64,000 nt of DNA from Azolla caroliniana (lineage: Eukaryota; Plantae; Polypodiophyta), in assembly GCA_043228905.1 (NCBI GenBank), contig JBHGNT010000007.1:15314001-15378000 (forward strand), read 5' to 3'. Each line of letters begins with the position of its first letter. The stretch's first letter is position 1. Both the position numbers and the translations under genes were made by a program. Under the pieces are notes generated by a model, which did not search any database, had not been told where the DNA came from, and saw nothing but the letters and a program-made list of their open reading frames with translations. Shown in pieces: positions 1-11,910 of the stretch.

Positions 1-1094
1 AATGGGTAAAATGGCTCGGAGAGCAAGTATCCGGTGTGGCCGACCGAATGGAGGACGAACAACGGCAAGTCAGAAGTTAGGTTGAACGGTTGCTAGCCAC
101 AACCAAAGAATTAGAGAAGGCCCGAGCACAGATCCAGAGCCTGGAGGAAGAGTTGAAAAGGACCAAGGAATACGTGGTCATCATGGTTAACATGGGCCAA
201 CAAAGTGCAGTAACGGAGCCAGTGCCACCAGCTAATCTACAAAAGGAAGCTCCGAAAACGGATGCACAATCGGTGGTTGATGCAGCCCCGGAAAAAGATG
301 CTCAGCGGGAACAGGAAATGTTAACCTTAAGGGAGGAATTAGCCGCTCAAGAATCATTGCACGCGAGAGAGAGAGTGCAATAGCAGACAACCGAAGATGA
401 GACGCGGAGAATAGAAGAAAATCTCTAGAAAAGTCACGCAAACAACAACCAGCTAAAGGAGGAAAGAAAAAAATTGCTGCAGGAGAAGGATAAGCTCTGG
501 AGAATGGTAGAGACAGAAATAGAGCGGTTGAAAGAAGAAATCCGACACCAGAATTAGAGCACTACCATATAAACCAGCGGCTAAAGCAAAAAACAGAGGA
601 TTTTGATAAGTTGCACTAGGACCAGAAGCAACTACATGACGAATATTGACGACAACTCAGTGGGCTGGTGGACTCAATGGTCACGACAAGCGGCGGAATT
701 ACAGGTCCTCTGAGTAGATGCAAAAAACCGGAAGAAGGCCATTGACAATTTTTACAAGATGGATGAAGAAAGTATTGTCACTATCTGGGAGGAGTTAGTG
801 GATGATTTCATTGCCTTCGCCGGAGCTCAACTTGAAGCCGTCAGGAGGCTGATAGAAAAGACTTAATGATGATCAACTCGGAACACAACTTCATCTTGAG
901 CAACTCAAATGGGAGCACCGAAGGCTAGAAGCAGGAAAAAGAACGGTGGAAATAAATATAAATGATGAGGAGTAGACTGTGGAACTGCAACCGCAATAGG
1001 AGGAGCTGCTAAATAAAGCTGAAGGTGAACAACCAAGGGAAGCTGGTACAAACCAAAACAACATGATCGGGTCGGAGGAGTGAACAAGAACCGG

Positions 1095-1265
1095 AAATGG
1101 AGAGGATACTAAAACTGACACAAGAACGGAGATGGCTCAACCAGAAAAAACTGATAAGGATGCCAAAACTGACGCAAAAACGGAGATGCCTCAGCCAGAA
1201 GAAACCGGTAAGGATATCGAAACCGACGCAAGAATGGAGATGCCTCATCTGGAAGAAGCCGGTAA
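1095..1265 (+). repeat. 54-bp (18-aa) coding tandem repeat, about 3 copies
   Basis: ORF 1132-1452 reads MAQPEKTDKDAKTDAKTE / MPQPEETGKDIETDARME / MPHLEEAGK. Confidence 0.7.
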
Positions 1266-1428
1266 GCAAACAAAAGGTGTCGTAGGAGCAACAATAACTA
1301 GAAGAGTAGCAACAGAACAAAGAACCACTCAAACCCCTAGACCAGAGCATATTGGACATACTCGACGAGGATTAATGGGCCACCTTGTGGGTTCGACGTA
1401 CAATGTACTGTCCCATGGGCACGCCATG

Positions 1429-1901
1429 TGTTGGCCGGTGATCGAAGTATGAAAGACAAGTGGGGGACAAGTCGGAAGTGGAACTTAAGTTATTAACATT
1501 ACTTATTAATTAGCTAGAATTAAAATAGGGATGGACCGGTTTGGAAGAGTTGAACCAATCCGGATCCGAATCGATTCGTAGCAGGTTGCCGAGATGACAC
1601 CGTTTTGTAAACAGAACCAGATGCCTATAAAAGGATCTAGAGAACGATGTATTAAACGACAGAATAAATATACGTAAAGAGTTCTTGGGATTACTGTGTA
1701 TTGACTTACTCTCCATTCTGTGCTTACTGTATTATCTTACACGTGTGACCAATCTGTATATGTTGTTAATCCGGAATCGATCCGGAAACAGTTGGATAAA
1801 GCTAGAATTGTGTCGGAAGCATAGACCCCGAAACCACCCCTTTCGTAAAGTGATCCAAAAGGATACCCTATATTAGTGGCTAGTCCAGCCCTGGATTAAC
1901 A
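1429..1901 (+). repeat. LTR of the same family as solo LTR 58048-58440 and reverse fragment 28516-28730
   Basis: TG...CA ends. Shares GACAAGTGGG, CCAGATGCCTATAAAAGGATCT and ACCACCCCTTT blocks with 58048-58440. Its 3' end is the reverse complement of ~28516-28590. Confidence 0.75.
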
Positions 1902-2910
1902 CCGCAAACTTGCACCAAGGTCCAAAAAATGTATCTTTCTTGGTTATGGACCAGATGGTGAAATCGGCTGCCAACTCTAGGACCCCGAGCATAGCTTGAT
2001 CGTCCGAAGTTTGGACGTAGTGTTCAATGAGTCGGCTATGCATAAGACGGCCAAAGGGCCTATTGAAGTCTGGAGGGTAACTATTTCCAAAGTGCTGACC
2101 CTTCACAAAGGCCCAACCCATAACACAAGATCGGCTTCATGGGTAGCCGAATCCTCAAGCTCCGACTCTACAACGCTTGACTTGGGACAACCGAATAGTT
2201 TGGCTCTAGAACATCCAACCCCGACACCCGATGTGACTAGTCCAGTCATACCTCAAACATCTGAGAGATTGTCGCAGTCTCCAAAGAGATACTCTCCCAG
2301 AATCTTCCTTACAGACGCCAGTGAACCGAGGTCATATGAAGAAGCATTGGCATAAGCCGATTCGGCCACATGGCATTTGATGATGAAGTCGGAGATGAAC
2401 TCCATTCGTGTAGCCAAGAGTTGGGACTTGGTAGAAGAATCAACATGCTCTTCCGTGTAAGTGGGTCTATAGAATAAAAGAGACGTCTGATTCCACCACC
2501 CCAAAATTCAAGGCCAGATTAGTTGCGAAAGGGTTTGACAAGAATATGGCGTTGATTTCGACGAAATCTTTTCACTAGTGGTGAAAATGACAACAATTAG
2601 ATTTATGGTCGGAGTCGTAGCAGCCAAGAATTTGGAGCTTATACAGTTAGATGTAAAGAAAACCTTCCTCCATGGTGACTTAGAGGAGGAAATTTATATG
2701 GAGGAGTCGAAAGGCTTTGTTGAACCCGTCCAAGAACATCTAGTCTGCCGACTCAGGAAGAGTCTTTACGGCCTAAAACAAGCACCGAGACAGTGCTATA
2801 AGAAGTTTGACGACTTCATCCAATCAATGAACTTCTCCAAGAGCGATGAGGACTATTGCCTCTTCATTAAAAAAACTTAAGATGGGTCACCCATCTTCCT
2901 CATCATCTAC
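1902..2910 (+). pseudogene. Host Ty1/Copia pol fragment 1 (integrase C-terminus to RT)
   Basis: DVVFNES, LIQLDVKKTFLHGDLEEEIYME and LRKSLYGLKQAPRQ. Collinear with the near-intact Copia at ~38675-39695. Confidence 0.9.
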
Positions 2911-3489
2911 AAGACGTTCACGTTCACAAGTGGAAGGATTGCGCATTCCACTTATAGATTTCTTTTATAATCATGCGATTTTAGGAAATTTTCAGAAACT
3001 TGATACACTAGTATCACATGTTTTAAATAACATGTAAGTTTGCTAATTTTTTGAGATTGAACAAGTTTCAAAATGATAATTTTTAAAATTGAATAGTTTT
3101 TCAATAAATGTGTAAACGTTGATTGTCTGCAGATAACACGTTCGCGTTCACAAGTGGAAGGGCGCATAAATGGAAGGATAAGGGAAATTTTAGGGGTTTT
3201 TCAATGATTTTACAAAACACATTGATACCAGTATCATACATGTTCAAACATACTATGAAAAAGGTTAAAAATCCACTATTTTCGTGATTTAGAAGTAACT
3301 AAAAAAAGACGAATTTCAAAAAGATACATTCTCAATTTATATCACAAACTTTACAACCAATGTTATTTTATAAGAAACGATTTTTTAGAAATCATAAGAA
3401 TTCAAAACACATGCTTTTATATTACTCGATTTGTTACAAGCGGAATGTAGTTACACTTAATAGCCAAATATACATTCATGATCACTCCT

Positions 3490-6270
3490 TTACGGAGAAT
3501 CACTACTATAACTAATATACAATGACGATTCCTCCTCATCATCCTCGGATATACCAATCAGTGCATTATCTTCGTCATAAACCAAATGGTTTGACTCTAG
3601 ATTATATGTAGCAGATCTCGTTTGCCTTTGACTTGAGCCACCTTGTAGACCTGGTAATTTTTCTTTTATTATATCTATTGTTGACTTCCTTAATCGTCCG
3701 ACTTTTGTAAGTGTGAAGTCGTACACGATGATATCCACATCAGAGATATCAAGGGTCGAGGTGTTACGAATGTTTCGCTTCCTCTTCCTACCTCCCCTTC
3801 TTGTTGGGCATTCAATCATCTCCAATGTATACTTACCTGTAAAAGCATTTGCACTTCTAGTGTTGTACCAATGAACATTTATAGACTTGATCGTGTTTTC
3901 TATTTCATGCATTAGCACTTCTAGAATTTTACCAACCCAAAATTGGTGGCCATGTGAGTTCTCATCAGCCGACGTTGCAATCAACATCCCCGCGGTGAGC
4001 TCTTGCAAATTGCCTTGTCATCTAGCTTCGGCTGCTTTGGTCATCCTTGGTCCCACATAAATGTCTCTTTGTTGTGGATGGACCAAGTTGTCATTAATCG
4101 CATTTACTAGTTGCTTCGGAGTTCTATTTACGCGATCATGTTGTAGCGACCATGTGAATGGCGTTTCCAAATTCCAATTATCAACAGTTACACAATTGTC
4201 TATAATTTCTTTCTGATCACTACAAAATACATCCCACCATGACGTGTCTTGTTGTGCGGCATATTTCTTGGCGGCCTCAATATGCTTTCTTTTTTCTTCT
4301 AAGGCTTGGAGCCATGACCGTTTTTGTTCTGATACCAAGTTGCTCTGCAACTATCCTTTCTTCTCAATTGGCATTTGCTTAGCTCCATGGAAAATTGTAC
4401 TCGGCATACAAAGTAATAACTGGCAACCACCTTCAGGTTCCCATGTTGTAGAAGATGAATATTGTTTAGCATACAAAAGTGTAGAACCACTTATTCCATT
4501 TTTCTTTATCATAAAAATGTGATTGAAACTTATATTGTTTAACTGAGCAAGCACTTTAACATTCCCACCACCCCCATCTAATATATATCTCTTAAAGTCA
4601 TATACCTCCTTCAAGTGTAACACTTTTGGGCGTGGTGTATAAGCATCACAAATGACATCAAATAGTTTAGGTAAAGTGAAAGCATCATGCCGAGACAACT
4701 GTCTGGAGAATGTGCTAAACATCTGATCTATATGGTCATGTGTGTGGCCAACCAAAAGGAAATTGACTTTCACTTTCCTAAACAATTCTAGGTTGACCAA
4801 CATACTTAGATAGCCAAATATAGTTGAATTTTTGTTCTCTCTAGCAGTATTGTCCAATTGAATGTATAGAACAGGGGGGAAAGGTTGGCCCCAAGACATC
4901 AAAACTTGGTGAATCACTGTAATTGTTAGGTTAGGGTCATTGTGAACATTGGGGTAAGTAATGAAGATGTGAGGTCGAACAGACCTATTATAAGCCAAGC
5001 ATCCCACCAAGTGCATTTGAACAAGGCACTCATCATTGACATCTTTGGGGAGCCTCCGCATATGCGGCAAGCATGTCTTCTTCTGGTCCATGCCATCTAT
5101 CATTAAGCACACGTATTGTTCGGGCCTCTTCAAACACTTCTCTCTATGATGCATCACCTTCTTTCGTTCTAAGGATTGTGCCTCACGATGCTCTTGTAGT
5201 AACTTCTTACTCGTATCCTTTTCCATTGATGTCTTTGCACCTTTAGCCAAACTTTTAAGATTTGCACAAATGGAGCAATACCCCATACATACTTTACGAG
5301 GAATAATAACATTTGAAAACCGAGCTCTCCATAATCTTGTGAATTGGCTATAGGTGATAGACTTATTACGTGAGCCCAGCATATCAGATCGATAGACATC
5401 ATAAACTTCCCGACGTGTATAATTATCAAAAAGATGCATCCTACGTGTAGTGGGCATTACTTCACAATTTAACTGAAAGTAAGTTTTCATCCAACCAATA
5501 GCATATCTTCCAATTGCACCTTTCATACTTGGAACCTCTTTACAATTGAGCATCTGATCCCCGCTAAGTAGACGTTGTTGTACTCTATGTAGCCGCATGT
5601 TACTAACACATAACGCAATTTTGAATGCAACTCTACATATCTGTTGCGCATGGAAGATATAATACTCGAATGATACTTTGATCCCCGTACATTTGTCAGA
5701 TACTAGTTGCATATGTGACCCGAGGTAAGTGTCTTGCTCATCACCGGTCATCGAAAAATAGTATCGCCTTAATTCTCGCAACTTTGATTTTCCAATCATA
5801 GACATACAACCACGGGCACAACATATTTTTTTGACATAAAATCCAATCTGTTTATCTGATGTCACCAAGCTAAATCTAGCCAGACGAATTCTTCGTGGGA
5901 TTCTTCTAATATGCATAGGGCTCCCAGATTTCTCTTCCTGCGTAGAGGTTGGTGTAACCTTGTTACAGTCTAATTCTCTGTTGTGACCATCGCCAATGTT
6001 ATTCGATGTTTCCTGGGCACTACCTTCATTCTCCGTATCTTTATTAATATCATATTCTTCAATAGAGAACTCTTCACATGTGTCATTATTTACATTCCCT
6101 GTAGATGAGCTCAGACAATATTCTTCGATAGAATATGGTGAGTCGGTCGACAGACAATATTCTTCAATCGAATATGGTGACTCTGTTGACAAACAATACT
6201 CTTCCGTAGAAAACGATGGGTCTGATGACAAACAATATTCTTCAATCGAGAACGGTGAATCTTCACTCAT
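3490..6270 (-). pseudogene. DDD-type transposase, Sola-like (~926 codons, two in-frame stops)
   Basis: ORFs 4351-6270, 4018-4350 and 3490-4008 share one frame, separated only by TAG (4351-4353) and TGA (4018-4020). Catalytic-type motifs IDGMDQ, YIQLDNTARENKN and FLLVGHTHDHIDQMFS; Cys clusters CCARGC, CRVAF and CSIC...H. The 4-bp TSD fits Sola, but the superfamily label is inferred. Confidence 0.85.
6046..6262 (-). repeat. 36-bp (12-aa) repeat at the transposase N-terminus
   Basis: SPFSIEEYCLSS / DPSFSTEEYCLS / SPYSIEEYCLST / SPYSIEEYCLSS, plus a degenerate FSIEEY. Confidence 0.85.
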
Positions 6271-7100
6271 GGCTTAAGGTCTAGATAGGGCTCTCTAAGT
6301 TATGTGCTTAGGGTAAGGAAAAAAACTAATAAGCTCCTCTCTAAACATAAACTTCTCTCTAAACAAAAGCCAAATCAATAGAATGTCTATATTATGTAAT
6401 ATTCTATTAATACAATACATCAAAAAATTATTTTTAATAAAGTAATTGTACTTAAAATATCAATTATTATATAAACTACATCTATATGAAGTTAAATCAA
6501 GTATAATATAAAACTAATCATTAACAAGCCATGAATATGTTGGATTAATGTTAAAATCATTGGCTAATTAATGGCACCCATTTTGATATAGAACATCTCA
6601 CTCATTGGTTCTTTAACACCATTTTAAATATTAGACTTATCAATCATTGGTTAATTCATGCCAACATCTTTAATACACAGCATTTGAGAGTCATAAAAAT
6701 TGTTGCTTTTAGTAGTCAATCATTGGTACATTCATGAACCTCTATCACTGTCTCCTTCATGACCTTTGAAGTCATTGCAGGTTGTTATGGCTATAAAAGC
6801 TTGATCAATATGTTAGTTTGACTTTGTAATCATTAATGCAATCATAAGTTACTCTAGTTAATGTGATTGTGGTTACCAACTAACTATCCTCAAAGTTACC
6901 AACCTTGGTTAAGGTGACTATGGTTACTTTAACCAATGTGGTGAATCCCTATAAATAGGAAGACCTCGTCATATTTCACTCACAAGAGCGTAAAGAGCGT
7001 ACAGAGCACACAGAACGTACAGAGCACACAAAGCACACAAAGCACACAAAGCACAAAGCACCAAAGCGCGATCTCCGCCTCCACTGCCACACGATCAACC
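6271..7100. promoter_or_regulatory. Divergent intergenic promoter region with TATA box for the methyltransferase gene
   Basis: AT-rich 830 bp between the two ATGs. TATAAAT at 6950-6956, CCAAT at ~6933, repeated TCATTGG (CCAATGA on -) at ~6558, 6602, 6644 and 6720. AAGCACAC(A) repeats in the putative 5' UTR (~6985-7065). Confidence 0.55.
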
Positions 7101-10100
7101 ATGTCTTCAAAGAGAATCGAGCGCGAGGACTCTAGGTAGGCCTCTGACACTGTGGACATTTTTGTAAATATGTTTCGTCGCTCAAGAACTCGATACGCCG
7201 TATCGAGTTCATAATTTGTTTTTGCTTTTTAAACGGGAACTCGATACGGCGTATCGAGTTCTTGTTTAAAACCTACACTTTAAACATGAACTCGATACGG
7301 CGTATCGAGTTCGTGTTTAAAACCTAAACATTAAACAGGAACTCGATACGCCGTATCGAGTTCCCCTTTAAAACCTAAACTTTAAACACGAACTCGATAT
7401 GCCGTATCGAGTTCGTGTTTAAAGTTTAGGTTTTAAACACGAACTCGATACGGCGTATCGAGTTCCTATTTAAAAAGCAAAGAAAGTAGAGGAACTCGAT
7501 ACGGCGTATCGAGTTCCCATTTAAAGTTTAGGATTTAAACAGGAACTCGATACGCTGTATCGAGTTCCTGTATAAAAGAAGGCTCTGAGAGAGAAAAATT
7601 GTGTTTTTGGGGTAACAATTAATTATTGTGTGGAAAAGATATCAAATTGTCTGTCAAAATCAGTCTTTTTTATGTTGACTTTCCTTACTTTAAAAAAAAA
7701 AACATGCTCTAATTATAGGTGTTTTATGACCTACTTTAGCTTAAAATAGTAGAAAATGATCCACAAATTGCCTTTACGATAGCAAATTCTCCTCATTATA
7801 GGTTTGGAATCTATATAAGTCATACCTACTATTTAAAAGAATATATAACCCTGTTTACTTATTACGATATATATTTTCTAGGTTGAATAGCCCTGCCTAG
7901 AATAGATTTTTGAATATAGGACTGCTAGTGAGAACTGTTCTTCATGTTAATATACAACCTTAATCTACGTGACCACCTAACTTATGTTTTTGCATATACT
8001 TTCTTAAATAGGTCGTTTGAGAACCTGTCGGACCGACCCGTGAAGAAAATAAAGCTTCACATACAGGGTTCTCCAATCGAAGCCCAGACCAAGGTAGCTC
8101 CTGAGACCATGAAGAGAGGAAAAAAGCTTCTCTTCAACGAAGAGACAAAATCTCAGCCACATATTGATGTTAGCCAAAAGAAACTTGTCGCCGCTACTGG
8201 AGGTGAAGACCTTCCTGACCGAGATCTAACGGACAAGGAATGGTGTATGCAATATGTCGACTCAAAGAAAAAAGTCGTATTGTATACAACAAAGAAGAAG
8301 GGGGAGGGGCAGCTTGGAAAGGAAACCCCATTTATGTATGGCCGTATTCTACGATTTGACTACGAAGATGCAGATTCGGCCAACATACTGGTAATGATAG
8401 AGTGTGCTCCAAGGGGGTATGGAAAGTGTTCCTTTCAGAAGACCTTTTAGTAAAGGAATCTTGTGGGCCAGAAGCGTTCAAAAAAGATCTTGAAAGCTCA
8501 CAAAACCTTATTGTTACCTTGAGGCCTTATATACAAGGCCATGTAACTCTAAGAGATGAAGTGCCCTCCCCATTGAAGGCCACAAAAAGGGTATCCAAAG
8601 TCCAGTCAAGACCACCAAAGAAGAAGACAACCAAAATGTCGAACACGGATTCAACAAGTGAAAACAAAGAGGAGGATAATAAGGGGACGCCAGGAGCTGA
8701 GCTGGCCTCGGGTGTTTTGTCATCCGAGCAGAATAAGATAAGGAGAGAGTTAATGCAACGGAAACTGGTCAGGAAAGTGCAAGTGTTTAATTTGCCTATA
8801 ACACACATCCATCGGCCCCCTATTGATGAAAAAACAGGTCGACGACCACTTGAGATTCGAGAGCCACACCGCATGCATGTTCAAAATCTCAAGAAAAAAA
8901 TGAAAATTAATCCCCATGCCACTGTGGTGCCTTTTATTGTTATGGTAGATCCTGAAGAATGTGAAACCATTGAAGATTTTGATATTAGAAAGCATGATCA
9001 ATATAATTATTTTGTCATTGGTGGATCGCATTCAGCAAAGGCACGTCGGCAACTTGTGAGAGAACATCCAACAACTTTCTTCTTCAAGTATGCCGAGTGC
9101 AAAATTTATGTTGGGCTCACAACCGAAGAGGCTAAGCTGTTGGCATGGAACCATAATAATGATAATGACTATAGGCAGAAAATGTCGTCCATTGAGCGTA
9201 TACAGTTCTTCCACCACGAGTATTTAGACGTGAAACAAAAGTTTGGTGTGAAGTTACATCCAGACCTACGACGTCAATGTCTGCATGAAGTCGGCATTGT
9301 GGTAGATGATAATGTTAGGTCCGATGGTCTTCGAAAGTATGAGTCTTGGTTTCAATTGGCGTTTAGAGATGGAGAAGTATGGGACCTACAAGATCAAATC
9401 TTCTCAATGTGGGAGAATAAGGAGGTAAAGGGTCAACGACAAAACAAATGTAAGGTTGACCCTGAACTAGAGTTAAAGTCACAAGCCGCCAAGAAAATTG
9501 ACTTGACAATTGAAGAAGCGGCAGACGACATGAAGTTGTCTCTATGGAGAGCGATGCAAGGTATTAAGGACGAGCAGCTTCTTGTGTCTGTTTTGTCAAG
9601 GGTTGTGGCGAAAGATTTAAGCCTAGAAGAAATGGTCACTGAGTTCAATAAGTAAGTCTTTCAAATACTGAAATTGTAGTCTATCTGGTGTAATTCAAAG
9701 TTCTAATCTTGATTTCTAATTTTACAGTCATAAGGTGTACATGAAGATCCAAGAAGTTATGATGAAACAACTTGGATGTATAAGTTGGGAACAAGTGACC
9801 GAGGATTATCCTCTAACATCTTCATATAAGGCGTTTTCAGAGTATTTTATTGCATTCAAGGATTGGGTTAGTATTCATGGTTTTTCATTACCCTTTCATC
9901 ATATGTAGACCTTGTATAATAATACCTGATGTCCTATTGCTTCTATTAGAAACCGTGTCGAGGCAAGAAACAAGGAGAAGTTAAGGATATACACGATTTC
10001 CCTACATCCTTCCTTGCACATCTCGAGAGAGCCAGAAAAGAAAAGGATCGTCGCTTAGTCAAGGCGTACGAAATGGAGGAAGATGGCTCCTTTAAAAAAT

Positions 10101-11240
10101 TTAGCCACAAAAAAGATATTACGAGAGATCTTTACTACAATGTGGTTTGCGGTGATGTCGTCGACTTGATCCAAAAGGTGCCAAAGAAGGAATATAAGCT
10201 AATGATTGCGGATATTCCTTACAAATTTCGAATGGCTGGGTCATCATACGACGATGAACCGTTTAGGTTTAAACAATTGGAGAAGATGGTCAAGGATTTC
10301 GCTGAGCTAACGACCGCATCCTTGTGGCGAATAGTTGTCTTTCATAGTATGGACCAAGGGTACTCGGTAGCTCAAGCTTTGAGATCTCGTTGCCATGGCA
10401 TCGAGAACCTTGCATGGTAAGGATTATTTATAGGTGTCTTTCACTATATTGCATTTCTGAAGGTTGTTGAATCTATTCTTAACTCGATGTATTATTTTTT
10501 ATAGGATCAAGACCAATGTAAATAGAGGGCCAACTTTTCGGTTCGTTAATGCCATTGAATACATAACGGTTGGCTACTTCGATGAAATTAAGAAATAGAG
10601 AATCAAAGAGCATTCTAATGAAGTGGGAGGTTCAAATTTGTTGGTATATCCAGCAGTGACACGGAAATTGCGACATGTCACCACGACAGAACGGGAACTT
10701 GTCAACCCATACCAAAAACCTCAACGACTTATGATGCGCTTGATCGAGGTGTTTTTTGTCGAAGGAGACTGGATATTAGATCTCTTTTCTAGCACAGGTA
10801 TTCCTCGAACTAGGGTAACGATCTTGAGATAATCAATCCCTTTTTTTTTCGTTTGACAACTAAATCTTCTTGTTACTTACATCACAGGAACTACGTCTGC
10901 ATGTGCATTGAAGCTTTTTAGAAATACAGTTGCATTGGAGAAGGACGAGGACCAAGTTATATTTATTAATATGTGGATTAAGGCTTTGTGGGAGTGCCCA
11001 GACCAGGATGAGGAGGTCGGTGCAAAGAACCTCGCCAATACAGAAAGGTTTCAACCTGCTTCGCGAGAGCCTATTCCTCCGTTAGCCGGCGAACCGGGGG
11101 AGCTAATAGAGCTTGATGATGAGCTTATAGAAGATATTTCGTTGGCTCAGCTAACAGGGGAAACCAATGCACATATAGTCGAAGATAGTTCTACACAAGA
11201 TGATGAAGAAAATGACGTTGATGAATTGATTGCTATGTAA
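7101..11240 (+). pseudogene. Six-exon ParB/Srx-like domain plus beta-class N6-adenine/N4-cytosine DNA methyltransferase fusion (~975 aa; one frameshift and one stop in this copy)
   Basis: Exons 7101-7135, 8012-9651, 9728-9866, 9950-10416, 10505-10797 and 10888-11240; all GT-AG introns are phase-compatible. ParB-like PFIVMVD..YFVIGGSHSAKARRQL..LTTEEAKLLAWNHN. MTase motifs VVCGDVVDLI, MIADIPY (IV), AWIK, NPYQKPQRLMMRLIE, GDWILDLFSSTGTTSACALKLFRNTVALEKD (I). 1-nt frameshift near 8410 and TAG at 10596-10598. Confidence 0.88.
7187..7566. repeat. Array of eight 23-bp palindromes AACTCGATAC-NNN-GTATCGAGTT at a 51-bp period, in intron 1
   Basis: Copies start at 7187, 7238, 7289, 7340, 7391, 7442, 7493 and 7544. 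Spacers are related AT-rich units, some inverted (AAAACCTAAACTTTAAAC vs GTTTAAAGTTTAGG). Confidence 0.95.
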
Positions 11241-11662
11241 TAGACTCTATGAAGAAAATGACACTGACGATTTGTTAGGATTTCACATTATTAATACAAA
11301 TATTGGGTTTTACCTAGTGGATTCTATTCTTTATAATCTTATATATGTTTCAATTTTATTTTTATATACTTGGTTAGTAGATTTATGACATTGGTTTCAC
11401 CGCGTGCATAGCTGACTACCAAACTTATGGAGAAACATGAACTAGTTTAAATTGAGGCTGATTTTGGTCCAAGCTAACCTTAACAGAACATGGCCCTATA
11501 ATTGTTGCCATGACTGTCCATGTTGTTATTATGGATCTTTGTCTTGTATTGTTAAAACTATTATGTTTCTATTACATTGCTGCTTAGATTGTGTAGTGTG
11601 TTGATAATGGTTCCAGTTGCGTTATCATTCGGAGTTTGATCCTGTTTGAATCACCTAAGCAA

Positions 11663-11910
11663 TAGAGTAGATCAATTTTAAATACAGGTATGAAAGCCTA
11701 ATAGGTTTGTTATTTCCACGACATTATCCTAAAGTTCACTGCCTTACATTGTCCACAATTATATACATATGGTTTGATCCCATATGAACAAACTGAGGAA
11801 TAGATTAGATCAACTTTAAATACAAGTATTGAATACTTTAATAAGTTAGTTATTCCAATCACTTATCCTAATGTGCACTATCCTACATTTTCCACAATTA
11901 CATACATGCA
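11663..11910 (+). repeat. Diverged direct duplication (~138-bp period) in the 3' non-coding arm of the transposon
   Basis: TAGATCAA..TAAATACA..TTATCCTAA..CACT..TACATT.TCCACAATTA.ATACAT occurs at ~11668 and ~11806. Confidence 0.6.

Larger units (their letters stand above)
1..1901 (+). mobile_element. 3' part of an LTR retrotransposon (decayed coiled-coil/acidic ORF followed by an LTR), inserted into the host Copia
   Basis: Stop-ridden E/K/Q-rich reading frames over 1-1400. LTR 1429-1901 (TGTTGGCC...ATTAACA). Copia integrase sequence resumes immediately at 1902. Confidence 0.6.

Noticed and set aside
7187-7566. CRISPR array (palindromic repeats with constant-length spacers)
   Set aside because: Spacers are related to one another and partly inverted copies, the array lies in a spliceosomal intron of a eukaryotic transposon, and no cas genes are present.
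7944-8011. ATG at 7944 as start of the ParB-MTase gene
   Set aside because: This stretch looks like intron 3' end (pyrimidine tract plus TAG acceptor at 8011). The exon 7101-7135 follows a TATA box and splices in phase.
9950-11240. Bacterial contamination or a restriction-modification operon
   Set aside because: The MTase is interrupted by phase-correct GT-AG introns, sits within TIRs/TSD nested in plant retroelements, and has no restriction endonuclease partner.
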